Shown piece after piece: positions 39,280 through 53,567 of a stretch of DNA of 64,000 bases. The number at the start of each line of letters is the position of its first letter. Within the stretch, counting starts at the first letter, position 1. Position numbers and translations under genes: made by a program. A model generated the notes under the pieces. That model was not told the DNA's origin. It worked only from the letters and a program-made list of their open reading frames with translations, and did no database searches. This stretch comes from Eledone cirrhosa (Eukaryota), in contig OZ024743.1 of assembly GCA_964016885.1 (NCBI GenBank), positions 347,820,001 to 347,884,000 of the forward strand, read 5' to 3'.

Positions 39280-40011
39280 TGTGTTTAAGGGAACAATATG
39301 AAATATTCTGGTCAATTGGAGCTGATCTTGGCCTTAGCAGAAACTCTGGCGTTTCTTTAATTATTATTATCAAAGCGTTGCCTGAGCTATTCTGAAGTCG
39401 GTACACACCCATTCCTACCAATCATTGCCACTGATAATAGTTTAGGATTGTGATGGCCATTATGATATCACTGAGGTTGTTGTTACTCTTATCTAACCTC
39501 AAGTAAAGCCAGACCGAGTAGTTTTATGTACATATGTGATCCGAACGAAACATTCCCTTCAGTTCTCCCCAATCCTCCACCAATTAAAGAACGCACATTA
39601 TGGTTAATATTTTTTGTATGGAAATGCACTATGTAAAATCTCTGTCGATGCTTCATCATAATTTCTATATTTCACATTGGCATTAATATTTAAATATACA
39701 TAATTTGTTTAGCACATGATGGCATAACTAAAATAGTGTCAAAACTTACATTTATAAGTAGCTGAATGTAAGTAAAAAAAAAATAAATAAAAAAAAGCCT
39801 GTTATCTTCTGGAATTCTCTTCTATAATATAGCTATTGCAGAAATAATTATTATGCTAATCATTACTTCATTACTTCCATTCATCTGCTAAATACATCTG
39901 GCCGTAAGTGGAATAATTGTTCTGTTGTGGGGCAGGATCATTAAAGCTGCCGTTAACACGTCATTTTAATAATAATGATAATAATAATAATAATGACAAT
40001 GTTAATAATAA

Positions 40012-41736
40012 TGGTTTCTTTATTAGCCACAAGGGTTAACATGAAGAAAAACCTTATAGACAGCACAGAACAGTACAGGATGATACAAAGTGGGTTTGGG
40101 CCGTGTAAACAGGTTATAATAAGATAGAAATTCCAAAAAATTCAAACAACAAAAATTCCCCAAAAAGGGGGAAATCTCCGAGAGTTACTCGTGGTGAACA
40201 CGACACAAAAGACTACGGCCACCCTGACCATCAGGGCAAACGCCCTCTCTTAGTTCTCCCACTCCTCAGTCTACCGGCGCATACTCAGAGCGGGCCCGTT
40301 TACTCGGACCAGACTCGCCACTTTGACCCACCTTTCAACAAACTTACTAGAAGACAGCACTTGCCTCTCCACCCTGTTTTCCTCTTCAAATGAAACTTGA
40401 AAAAGTTAATCAGGGATTAGCCAGAGAGGAAAGTGTCCGTCTTCAATCAATTCAGCCTTGTCCACCACATAATCTCTTTCGCCATGGACACCAGGCAGAT
40501 GAAAACTGCCTGCCCTTCCTCCTCCTCATCAAAGGAAGACGGTGTGGTTATCTGCACAATTGACTCAGTCGATAACCAGATCCGTCCTGCTCGCGACAGC
40601 AACTATTCGACATAGCCCCACCAGTGGACGAGTGCGTGCAACGATGGTTTATTCGCCCTGCGCGCGCTTCAGTCCTTCTAGAGCTTATCTCGAACCGGCA
40701 ACCCTGCAAAGTAGTACTGCTAGGCCAGGGGTTTCTGCAAGTTATCCATAGGACCCGGGCTAAAAATTCTCTCGAAGAGAGCGAACAGCTGATCGTTTTC
40801 GACGCCCAGGATCTCCCCTCCACTAGTCCTCTGTAGAACATCGAGGTGGTTGTCCCACCGATACTAGTGCCAAGCTGGTAGAGGGCCGTGAGCGCTTGGA
40901 GACATTCCAGCTTCCAAGCGCTATCACACAGTCTTTTCCTGACCCAGCACTGCAGCTCCGTCAAGGAGACAACCTGGGGAAAAACGCGGCTGGCAAACAG
41001 CTACCACACCTGTTCACCGCTAAGGAAGCACCAGAGATGTTGCAGCCTCAGTGCAGGTTTGTGCATCATCATCCACGGCATGCACAGTCCTTCACGCAAC
41101 GGGCGCTGAGAGCAGATGGATCGTCTGATCATAGGAGCACGTCCCTTTCACAAAAGGCGGAAGCGGAAGCGCTCGATTTTGAACAGAGCTGGTTACAGAT
41201 GACGGATGTGATGTACGCATCCATCACCTCCACCCGACCTTTCAGGGACAGCTTCCTCTCAGCCCATTTCTGGAGGTCCGTACCGAATCAGACCCCGAGC
41301 AATTTAAACGGTCCTTCCGTTCAGCACGCCCTACACTGTCGGACGGCATGGAATTGCCTCTCCAGGTGCCGAGTTGCACGCCCACCGACTATTTTTGGCT
41401 TACCTTTGCTCCTGCCATCGCTTCGTATTCCTTAAGGGTGGTGCAAGCATGTAGACGTACCAGCTGCTCGACACCACCATGGCGACATAGTTGGGGTGAG
41501 CTCACACGGACCTCCCGCATCTCAGTTCACGTGGTACGCCACAAATCGCCACCAATTTGTGCAGTAATGGCTCGTGAGCCAATGCGTACAAGGTGGACGA
41601 GAGTGGACAAGCCTGACGGACAGAGCACATAATGCTGAACAGCTGCAGTAGGTTACCGTTCACCCTCACAACCGAGCAGATATCATTGTGCATCGCAGCG
41701 ATCCAGCCCCGGAAAACATGCTTGAAGCCGACCGCC
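40012..41736 (-). mobile_element. Older, decayed L1/Tx1 copy (RT to 3' end), different subfamily
   Basis: VRQACPLS, TELQCWVRKR; 3' end tttct(t)tattagccacaaggg as in the intact element; ends in (AAT)n. Confidence 0.9.
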
Positions 41737-42149
41737 GAATTTCACGGTAAATTCTTTCTGAGTAAAACTGACTACCCTGCTCGTTACCTCATCCGAGTTT
41801 ATTTCCACCACGAGGTCTAGACAAAACCTGTGCCCAAAACATAAACAGTTGTGGACCGCATTGGCTTATCGCGTTAAACGAACTTCTCAACAACAAATCA
41901 CCTGCAAATATAGCCACAAATTATAAGCTAAGGTTTTGCAATTATACTTAATTATACTGGCGGATAATATCATAAAATCTAATAACACTTAGAACGTAGA
42001 AGAAAAAACATTAACACAATATCTAATAACATTTCATTGTTTTATTGTTTATTGTTTTTCTTTTCTACAAGCACGGGTGACAACTTTTTACATGCTTCTG
42101 TCTCATCATACATGATCAGTGTGCATAGTGAGAAAACTATGGATAAGTT

Positions 42150-42393
42150 TCAGAAATCCCTAGCCTGGCAATATTTTCAGTGGTCAATGTTGGTTCAAGA
42201 GAAGCTGTGGATTGGCAGTATCGGTAGAGAGTCCGACACCTTGCTTTGAAGCATAGAGTTACATCCCTTTATGATCTGAGTTCAAATCCCGCCGAGGTTA
42301 ACTTTGTCTTTCATGCTTACGGGGTCGATAAAATAAAGTACCAGTAATGTACTGGGTAATTTGCTGGCCTTGTGCCTAAAATAGAAACAATTA
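42150..42393 (+). mobile_element. Short Tx1 ORF2 scrap (MDKFQKSLAWQ) interrupted by an octopod-type SINE (42207-42393)
   Basis: Peptide match to ORF2, followed by a full SINE. Confidence 0.75.
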
Positions 42394-42542
42394 ATGTACA
42401 TGTATACAATAATGTATACTAGATTATACTAAGCGTGCTTTTTTGAAGACAGCATGGCGGATTTGAGGAAGTGTTGAATGCTATGTCTAGCAGCAGTTTG
42501 AGTAACAATTGACATGATTTCTCGTTGGTTTGTGGGCATGCG

Positions 42543-42618
<76 letters not shown>

Positions 42619-42654
42619 TCAGTGCCCGAGTGTGCGTGTATTTGATTATAGTTG

Positions 42655-42721
<67 letters not shown>

Positions 42722-42927
42722 AATATTGTGAGCACTTACATTTTTTTATCAGTATTTATGCTCGATTTCTGCATGTACATGTGAATAGCCTTAATTGATG
42801 ACCTGTTAATGAGTGTGATAATGCGATGTTGCATATGTGTATGTGTGCATCAGAGAGGAGGTAGAACTTCCTTATGGAAAAAAATGACGAGGTAAGTATA
42901 GAATTTCGCTCGTGTATATACCTCAGG

Positions 42928-42969
<42 letters not shown>

Positions 42970-43900
42970 TGTGTAGGGGTGCCTGTGTATGTGATATGTC
43001 TTGATGATGGAAGAACAGATGATGGCGAGTGTGTATGGGAGTGAGAGAGATGGAAGCAGATTGACGTTTATCCCTTTTGATATAAAACCGCCCTGGATTT
43101 ATGATACAAAATTTCTTATTTAAAAAAGTTTATCATTATATTAGATCCAATAATTTTACTTGAGAAATTGTTGTTAAGTAACGTTCTAAATACCAACTTA
43201 ATCATGAATGCGTTAATTTCACAACAAAGCTCTCTATATATATGATTATTTACCAAATTAATTGAAAGGCATATGTGTTGTATTTCTTTAGAAATATGAT
43301 TAAAAAAAGGAATGAGTTGTATCTACACGCAAGTCATGTGCTTCATAGTGATCGCAAGGGAATATTACTGTAGTACTGAAGGAGCCTGCAGGAGTGGGTT
43401 GTGTGTAAGGTGTAGGGTCGAATGAAGGATATTGTACATGAAATAAGCGATGACTAGATTGGAAGTCGTTGCAGTAAACACACGGCTGATTTATGACCAA
43501 GACGCATCCCACTACATTAAACCGAACTCATTTACCGAAACTGCATTCTTGGTTCTCCTTGATATCCTCCTGGAGGAACAGTCTTTAGTATGTTTAGTTG
43601 TCTATGCGTGCATAGACAACTAAATATACGTGCATATATACGTGCATATATCCATACATACACTTACAAACTTGCATCCACATGCACATACATATAGATT
43701 CACACACACACATTGTATTAATTTATATATATATATATTTCATTCTTGTTTTCTTTGTTTTTTTGCAATACACGTGTGCGTGTGCATGTATGTTTGTATG
43801 TGTATGTATAAATATATGCACGTACATTACCGTATACACATGCATAGACGGCTAAACATACTAAACATTGTCACTTCAGGAGAATATCAATATCAATATC

Positions 43901-43986
<86 letters not shown>

Positions 43987-43994
<8 letters not shown>

Positions 43995-44954
43995 CGTAAA
44001 AATAAGAAAATTATAAAATTAACTTACTTACTAAAATATCACTTCCAACTAATTAGTTTCTGGAATGGAATAAATATATTTTTCGAAGAAAATACAGAGA
44101 ATCATTCCGTCGTCAGGCAAGACTATTCTCATCTAAGTATCCAGGCAAAGCGTGGACTCTGGAAACTTATTAAAAAATAATTCAGTGGATAGAAAATAGC
44201 AAAGCGTGGACAGACGACGGAATGATTCTCTGTATTTTCTTCGGAAAATATATTTATTCCATTCCAGAAATTAATTAGTTGGAAATGATATTTTAGTAAG
44301 TAAGTTAATTTTATAATTTTCTTATTTTACGTCTCTCATATTATTGTTCTACAACCCCATGCATTGAACCACAATGTTACTAAGACAAAACCTATATATT
44401 TGCTAGCATTAATATGCATCTGTATGTATATATATGTTACTAGATATTAATTCTTTATAATTATCTCCAAATTATTTGTCGAGCAATATTGGCCATGACT
44501 GCTGCTATGGTAGCAGGCAGGCCGCTGTCTTATTAGCACACCACTTTCCACTGATTGACCTCGATGTCACGTGATTGATTCTTTTTGAATTTGCCACCGA
44601 CGCAGAGGCAGTGATTTTCTCAATGGCTAGGAATTCAGTCCACGCTTTGCTATTTTCTATCCACTGAATTATTTTTTAATAAGTTTCCAGAGTCCACGCT
44701 TTGCCTGGATACTTAGATGAGAATAGTCTTCCCTGACGACGGAATGCTTTAGCATATTTTCTTCGGAAAATATATTTATTCCATTCCATAAACTAATTAG
44801 TTGGAAGTGATATTTTAGTAAGTAAGTTAATTTTATAATTTTCTTATTTTACGTCTCTCATATTATTGTTCTGCAACCCCATGCATTGAACCACAAAGTT
44901 ACTAAGACAAAACCTATATATTTGCTAGCATTGATATGTTACTAGATATTAATT

Positions 44955-44957
<3 letters not shown>
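43987..44957. repeat. 522-bp HHR-containing unit: partial tandem plus inverted copy
   Basis: gacgacggaatg at 44213 and 44735; 43987-44210 is inverted; (TA)n on both sides. Confidence 0.85.
44042..44121 (-). ncRNA. Type I hammerhead ribozyme
   Basis: cttgc-CTGACGA-c-ggaatg...cattcc-a-GAAA-ctaattag-TT-ggaag. The + copy at 44728-44807 has a perfect stem I but TAAA. Confidence 0.75.
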
Positions 44958-45004
<47 letters not shown>

Positions 45005-45225
45005 TTCGTACATGTATTTCTTTTGCAATATTCTTGACGTATAATCTATTATTATACTTTGGGAGTATCATGATACCAATAAAAACAAATGCAACACTTG
45101 AGTTTCAATTTAGTTTTATTATTTCTCAGCCAGTAATGCACTCGTTTCGATTTAATCGACTTTCACCTCCCCCAAAATTGATGGCCTTGTGTCTATAGTA
45201 TAAATTAATTCTTAGCCAAGTGTAG

Positions 45226-45432
45226 TGGATTGGCAATATCGGTAGGATATCGGACAAAATGATTTGCAGTTTATAGTTACGGTCCTGTTCTGGGTTCAAA
45301 TCCCGGCCAGGTTATCTTTGGCTTACATCCTTACGGTGTTTATAAAACCAAAGTACTAGTAACGCACTAGAGTCGATATAATCGACTTTTGCATTCCCTT
45401 ATATTGTTGGCCTTGTGCCTAAATCATAAACC
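45226..45432 (+). mobile_element. Octopod-type SINE
   Basis: tggattggcaatatcgg..gggttcaaatcccggcc. Confidence 0.75.
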
Positions 45433-46275
45433 CTTATTAATCTATTCATCGGCTAGTTTAGTAATCAGATGGTTATTTAATTGTCAAATCTCTTATGTCA
45501 GACATTCTGTGAACTCGTCAACATTCTTGTTCTTCTGTTTCTCCTTGATATACATAAATAAAACCATATCTATCCTCATATACACACACACACACACACA
45601 TACACACACACACACATATATATATGTAAAGAGAAAGAGAGAAATATAGAGATAGCTAGAGATGTATATTATTTTGGGACCAATAATAGTGGCATTCGTC
45701 GGTGACAAAAATCAATGTGTAAGTGGCCGAGCATTCCGCATGTTGAAACCGTAATGATATTTTCAAGTAGATTATGAATGATACTGCGGAACATTCCAGA
45801 AACTTTTTCTGATGTTATAGTACCACCCAAACCTCGCGAAACAAAATTATAGTCAGAGGTGAATATTATGTCATACACTGGCTGTCAGAGTAACAGAGCG
45901 TCAGTAAATAAAACACTGTAAACAAGAATACAGATTCGATTCTGTTTGTTTTTTATGCCAGCTTTAAGAAGCTCACTCGAAGAACTATGAGATATGTAAC
46001 TGTTTATATAATAGTTAAAATGGAGAGCAAAGATGCAATTATAATATAATCTTATTACACACAAATACATACGCAGCATCCCCGTGCATACTGACACTTA
46101 TGCACATATAAATGTCCATACGTTGCACTGTGAGAATGAGTGTGTAGGACCAATCCATGATTCCTTATCTCAAAACTTATACATGAGGCATACAAGGGAT
46201 TTGAAAGTTCATATACAATAGAAAAAAAAAATGATTTTTTTTTTTCCTGGAACATTCCAAGGCATACATCAGAAT

Positions 46276-46281
46276 CATCAT

Positions 46282-46325
<44 letters not shown>

Positions 46326-46426
46326 GCAGCGGCAGCAGCAGCAGCAGAAACGGTGCCAGCAGCAACAACATTAGTAGCAGCAGCAGGAGCAGCAGCAGGA
46401 GCAGCAGCAGCAGCAGCAGTAGCAGC

Positions 46427-46465
<39 letters not shown>
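46276..46465. repeat. Compound (CAT)n(CAG)n(TAG)n microsatellite
   Basis: Seen directly. Confidence 0.95.
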
Positions 46466-46707
46466 TGACGCTATGTTTTCCCTTGATATATGTCATCAAT
46501 TATGTTCTCACATCGATTAGTAACAAACTGTCCATGTCATATTAGTTCGAATCCCACGACACCACTTGGCTTTACCTCACTAAATACATATGCAAACGCA
46601 GCAGGAATAACAAAGACAGACAATACAAAAATACATATGCCTATATATTGGTACATAAACAAATAACCTAGACATATACACACATAAAACACACACAAAC
46701 ACGCACG

Positions 46708-46773
<66 letters not shown>

Positions 46774-46997
46774 AGAATATTTTCGAAACAGCGCGTGGGT
46801 TTGAAATTATTAGAAATGTAAGCTATCGCCGTATTTTGACAAAAGAAATTAAAGAAATTATTTAGTCAAAATACGGCGATATCTTACATTTCTAATAATG
46901 TCAAGCCCACTTGCTGTATCGAAAATATTCTTACTTGACATTACAGTCGCTAAGTTTATAGCTTCTAATTTGAATGGAAAAGGATGGGTGATGTGTT

Positions 46998-47139
46998 GGT
47001 GTAAATGGTAGCACAGTGGTCCGGATAACCAAAGATGTGGGTTCGACTCCCATGTACATCAATATTCATCTTTTTTCCATTTCTCCGAGTCTAAATAATT
47101 TCTTTAGTCAAAATACGGCGAAAGCGTACATTTCTAATA

Positions 47140-47140
<1 letters not shown>
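46998..47140 (+). mobile_element. Second tRNA-derived element (SINE-like); related fold-back copies at 46770-46935 and 52973-53250
   Basis: ggtgtaaatggtagcac (A box-like)..gtgggttcgactccca (B box) followed by a body shared with those copies. Confidence 0.6.
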
Positions 47141-47179
<39 letters not shown>

Positions 47180-47649
47180 GTATATACGAGCACAGACACA
47201 CACACGTTCACATGTACAGGTAGAAGACATATACAACACATTTTTCCCGGTATTTTGCCTATCGTGAAGTCGTTTCGTTTGCTGAGAGTCTTCTCTTATA
47301 TATGTCTGTGTATGTTATTGATTTCGCTACACGCCTGGTAGGTAGCGATCTCTAGACCTACCAGTTCAGAGAAACAATTGTCAGCAAATTGATTAAAACC
47401 CTTATTATATAGCAAACCGTGACACTCTTCGTTCTTGATTTATATATATATATATACCTCTATCTATAATTCATATTATATCAATAAGGGGAGGTTACAG
47501 TATAAATTTCACCTCCTGTCTGGTCACATCTGCCAGAGAATCATAAAACAAAATCCGACACTCTAATAATGAATCTACGATTTCACTGTCTTGAACTCTT
47601 TCTATAGTTCATATGGGCATGAACTCTTTCTATAGCTCATATGGGCATG

Positions 47650-48070
47650 AAATCAGAAATTTGCAGGGAGAGATTAGTCGATCAATTTTATCAAAGACTA
47701 TATTATATATTTGAACCGGGGGTGAAGACCAAATTTACATAGGCGGAACTCAGACACAAAAAGCCAAACGAATACTGCAAATTATTTTGATCGAAGCTCA
47801 ACCGATTCTGGCAATCGACTAGCTATTTTGTCTAAATAATTGTTTCTACTTTTGACACAAGGCCAGCTATTACTTCAGTGTATTACTGGTACTTTATTTT
47901 ATCGATCCCTTAAGGATTCGGAGTAGGTAAAGTCGATTAAATCAACTCCATTGAATTACTGATACTTTATTTTATCAACCCCGTAAAGATAGAAGTCAAA
48001 GCTAATCTCGGCGGAATTTGAACTCAGAACGTAACGAGCCTTAACTCTATGCTTCAAAGTATGGTGCCGA
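47650..48070 (-). mobile_element. Cluster of octopod-type SINE copies
   Basis: Repeated ttactggtactttattttatcga / ctcggcggaatttgaactcagaac. Confidence 0.75.
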
Positions 48071-48785
48071 TCCACCGCACTTATTTTGTTTAAATAATAA
48101 CACTTTTATTTATTATACTTCAGCAATACAATAAAAAGACAAAAAAGATAAGAATGAAGAATGGGATGTATCAAATATAGCCCATATGTTGGACAACGTA
48201 TCTCAACTGCACTCCTCATAAATGCCGTGAAAAAGAGAGAATATAACCTCTGTATCAACCATTTTAGCTAATGGGACTTCTTCATTAGGCTTGATGGTAT
48301 CGTTCCTATTTGGTGGAGACCGAGCTATCAAAACAGCAGCCAGCATAAACATATAACATGACACAAAGTGACGGTTAACTTTGCCGTTAGCCATTAGCAA
48401 GCTATTTAAAGTTAATATGTTAAAAATATTATAATAAAAAAAGTTAAACAATTTGGACAATGAATGTCTTAGGCAGAGATTCATATAACTGTCGATAATT
48501 GGAAAATGGAGCTGCATTGTGAATATTTGTATCAACTCACTAATTCTTTCTATTAAACATATCTTGGTCTCTAGTTTTAATACCGATGCTAATGTTTATT
48601 GTAAAGAATAGAAAGGGAAAAGCGTAAGAATTGGGTGCGAATATCAACGAACACCGGCGGACGTTGATATTCATGATGTTAAAGATGAGGGTGATAAATG
48701 GGCTCGAAGGAAAGACCTCTGAAAGTAGCTATATAAAAGAGAGATAAGGTTTAAAAGATATTCATACACACACACGACACACACA

Positions 48786-48838
<53 letters not shown>

Positions 48839-49149
48839 CTCAATATTTAAGTTTGCATCATTCATTCAACAACTGTAGTGAATGCAGCATGAAACACTCC
48901 GTTCTGGTAGGAGGTATCCATTATTGATGTGGGATCGCCTCTGGCACATCGGTGTATCGTTATATGAATAAACAGATTTGTGTAATTAAATATAATCATG
49001 TAATTACAGAAACCTCTTTTAATCTTTATTAGTATATACATGTGTGTGCGTGCGTTTGTGTGTAAGTGTGCGTATGTGTGTGTTGATTGCTACTTCTTGT
49101 TAGAAAAGTCCCATCCTTTCATCGAACATTACACAATCACATACACACA

Positions 49150-50380
49150 GTTGACTCTCCAGAATAGCTTCTGTTTTGCAGGCATGGACTGAACTCTTAC
49201 AGAATAAACTTTTCAAAGCAACATACTCAACTCGCTTTATCTAAAAGACATCACATCCATGCTCGATGATCATTCTCCATGTTGTTCAGCCTTCAGCCAA
49301 TGCCTCCCAGTTCTCCACAGTATTGGTCAGAGCATTAATATTGCCTTTTAAGACATACCTAAACAGTTTCTTTGGTTTATGTTGTTATCTTCCGCCTCTG
49401 GTTAGCTCTCCATAAAATAACTGTTTAAGTAGCCTTCCATATTCAATCCTGACCACATGACCTACCCAACGGATTTCATTCATAATAATCATCTTCTCAA
49501 TACAGGTTCTACCAGCTTTCTCAAATACAGCAGCATCAAGTGTGTAAGAGTACCACATGACTTTCAGGATGTGTCAGATAGACTGCTGATGAAATATTTC
49601 CAGCTGTCTGATGTGGTGCCTGTATGTTGTCCACGCTTCGCACCAGTTTAGAAGGGTTGTAAGAAAATAGGTTTCATACTCAGAGTGATTTATGTCTCTA
49701 GTCATACGATGAATTAACCAGACTCGCTTTTCAAGCTTCCTGAGGGCAACACTCGCTTAAGCAATCCTGTGACACTGGAACACAAAACTCCTGAAACACA
49801 CAAAACTGTCAACCACTTCAAGTCTGTTTCTCTCACGAAAATGTCATCATACACATCACAACTGGTGGTGTGTACATGGCTTTTTCTTTTTGTTAGCTAA
49901 TTTTTAGCCCAAATGCAGCGCATGCATTGCAAAAGGAATCCAGTAACAACTGCATATCCTTAACTGTGTGAGCCAACACATGTGCATCATCAGTATCCGG
50001 GACCCTCCTTATAAGAGTGGAAAATGTCTTGGACTTGGTGGTAAAATGTCTTAGCTTAAAGACGTTGGTAGAGGTTCTAAATCGCAAGTACATACCGATT
50101 CAGAGGTCTTGAGTGGGATATGTCAGCAGCACAGCGCAGTAAATGGAGAACAGAACCGGTGCAATTATCTCTCTCTGCTTGTCACCGTTTTCCCCTGAAA
50201 TTAGCTCTGAAATTGTCCGATTGATGTTCAATTCTGCCTTCTTATTATGATTGAGATTTTTGAATATTACAGCAAATTCACGAGCGCATCCAGGTTTACC
50301 CAATACGACCCACAATGCACTAAACTTCAATATACTTACCACATAATATTTAATACGATGTTGTTCACAAGGATTTCTAA
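49150..50380 (-). mobile_element. Decayed RTE-clade LINE RT region
   Basis: LWVVLGKPGC, IAPVLFSIY, DDAHVLAHTVKDMQLLLDSFCNACAAFGLKIS; multiple stops and frameshifts. Confidence 0.8.
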
Positions 50381-52369
50381 TTTACGGGCTGGACCAGCGA
50401 TTTCTTTTGAGCATAGGATAGATATTTATTAAATTGTCCCATTTTTTTTAAATAGTGTATTAAGTTATCAATCGAGGAAGTATGAAATGCTAGATAGAAT
50501 TCGGTGGGATTAGAACATACAATGTAATGGGGCTTAATCAAATGCCAAAAGGCATTTTGTACGACGTTTTGACTATATTTCCAATTCAATATCATACAAA
50601 CACCCACAGTTACCCATACTCACCCATGCACTACGCACAGACATAAAGAGCAGGTGATGTAAGCTTTATCGATCAATTTTTAAATACTTCACTTCCTTAA
50701 TAGATAGATCAATAAAAATCGTTTACTTTAACGATTCAATTTAGTATTTGCGAAACAAACAAGAACAGTGCTGAAAGTAAAACTAAGTGCAGCAATATCT
50801 ATAACAGGAACAACAGCAAGAAAAAATTAAGAAAAACACAGACAGCAACAAGTCATCCACAGGATAAAAAAACAAAAACAAAAAAAAAGCAGTCGTCATT
50901 GGTATCACTATTGTCTACATAATTCGCTCAGCATGTAAATACGTGCCCCTATGTTGTCTTTCATGCTGTTGAATATAGTCGCTGGATTACGTCAATTCAC
51001 AACCTGAAGTCTTAAAGTGAAGAAAAAAATAAACGCTGTAGGATGAAGTCTAAGGTAGGCATTGTTTGTACTTCATTTTCGAAGATGGTCAAAATCCACC
51101 TCCTGATTCTGTGCAGGCTACCGACCAATTGTTTCTGCATTCGCCATTACCACCATATCCCTGTGCTCCATATATCATACCATAGCTCAGGCTTGATATA
51201 GTGAATGACAACGTAACTCCGTCAGGTTATATTTCGAAGAATTGAACGGATCATCGGGATTTTATGGAGATCTTGACGACCACAAACAACTTCTCGTTTG
51301 TACCGTTCTGGACAAATGGTAATGCGGGTTGAGACAACTAGACTCGTATCTACGCAGACTCGCATCTACGCAGTTTTGAATAATATGATTTTGAATATAA
51401 CGGACAATATAATATATTTTTAAAGCAAACAAAAAACAGTTGTCTAACTCACCGCCATTTTACAAACAAAATCATATCAGCTAATATATGAGAGAAAATC
51501 CTAATCCCAACCCCATTAATTTTTTTGAGTTTTCTCAATCTCCAGTGAAACTGGCGTTATTCATTCTCCAAAACCATCGGCATGTACAGGCCCTTGTTTT
51601 ATAATGGTTTTGGGCATATGCCTATTTTACAATAACGAAGGTGCTTGGGGAACTGCTATGTGATGACCAAGACAATCTATTTATCTCACCATGCTATGAA
51701 TCTCGCTTTCCACAATGACGTTGCTGTATATTTCATTTCAGTCTGTTGACGCTAGTTCATTGGTGGCTTTGTTTCTGGACCACCAGTTGACAATCTAGTT
51801 TTTACACGAGAATGATGATACACATAAAGTATTGAAGAATTACATTGAGAGTTTATACTCATCGGATACATGTATTGCTCAGGAGGCAAAACATTGCCGC
51901 CTGCAGACAGCTCATGGAAACATAAAAAATAATTGAGTGTCAGGTGAGCTTCAAGGACAAATTGTTGTGAAAATGTACCGGCAGTGGTACAGTATTATGT
52001 GACACCTCATAATACACAAAGGGTCGAAATTATCTCCGCTGAAATGCAATTGATTATAAGTTTGCTAAATCAGAGCTGACCTGGGACTAAACGGCAGCAA
52101 CAAGCTGGCTACAGTGGAGACCTCAATACTGATAGTAGAATTAAAATTATTTTCTTTTTTACTCTAAGATTTCCTCAGCAACAAATATTGCAATATAACC
52201 TCTATGCCAAATGTCTGTTAACCATTGACTTTGCACTCTCTTATGTCTTACATAGGTCGACGTGATTGTTAACTGAATTGTTATTTGAACGAACGCTTAT
52301 TATACTATATATATATGGTATAGTGTAAGCTTTATATATGTATATATATACAGTATAGTATAGAGTAAG

Positions 52370-52423
<54 letters not shown>

Positions 52424-53275
52424 CTTACTCTATACTATGCCTCCCCAATAAACTTCACATTACAATTTCTGTGCCAACTGTCTGCTAAACTCTGATATAT
52501 TCTCTCCCACGCCTCATATAGTCAACTTCTGTATTAAAATTCACCATTCTCCATCTGACTTCTTTCAACACTCCCATTCTAAACACTCTGAGTCTATCTA
52601 TACTTTACTCATGGTCTCTTCAACATAATTGTAATACTCTCCTTATACACTATTTATATCTAATATTAACTGAAAGTTGCTTCCCCCACTTCCATTTTTT
52701 AATCTGCACCACAAGTCTATCAACACGGTCGCCACCCATCCAGTGATTCTCGCTGCAGTAAAATCTAACAAGCTACTTTTGTTGGAATAATTCGGTTAAT
52801 ATTTGTTAATTGTGTTGCTTAGAAAGTACACACCCCCTTCTTATTAGGCAAGATTTGGCTGCTGATGAAGTAAAATGTACAAATATATAAATACACACAT
52901 ATTTTCACACACACACATATATACGTATATACATGCATGCATACACTCACACATATAGAAATATATATATATATTAGAAATGTAAGCTATCGCCGTATTT
53001 TGACTAAAGAAATTAAAGAAATTATTTAGCCTGATAGTTGGGTTAAGAACGCTCGGAGAAATGGAAAAAGATGAGTATTGACGTACATCGTCTCCCATGT
53101 ACGTCAATACTCATCTTTTTACATTTCTCCGTAGGTTCTTAACCCCACTATCAGGCTAAATAATTTCTTTAATTTCTTTAGTCAAAATACAGCGATAGCT
53201 TACATTTCTAATAATTTCAAACCCACTCGGTTTTTCGAAAATATTCTTACATATATATATATATTTACATATATA

Positions 53276-53377
<102 letters not shown>

Positions 53378-53441
53378 TATATATGTGTGTGTGTGTGTGT
53401 GTATAAATATATATATATATATTTATATATATATATATAGC

Positions 53442-53548
53442 AACGAGTAGGGGTCCTACTCGTTCCTATTACCAACTCTACTACCCTAAGTATTGAGTAC
53501 TTTGGTGCGTTATGGTCCACCTGGTTCCTTACCACATTTCCTTCGTTA
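53442..53548 (+). mobile_element. PLE terminal fragment starting at the predicted HHR cleavage site
   Basis: ggggtcctactcgttcctattacc..ccttaccacatttccttcgtta matches the rc of 8357-8454. Confidence 0.8.
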
Positions 53549-53567
53549 TATATATATATATATATAT

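Noticed and set aside
46998-47055. Functional tRNA gene
   Set aside because: Acceptor and anticodon stems do not close convincingly, and it continues into a repeated body; treated as a SINE-like head.
51050-51480. Possible mariner 5' relic
   Set aside because: No diagnostic motif or TIR pair could be confirmed by eye.
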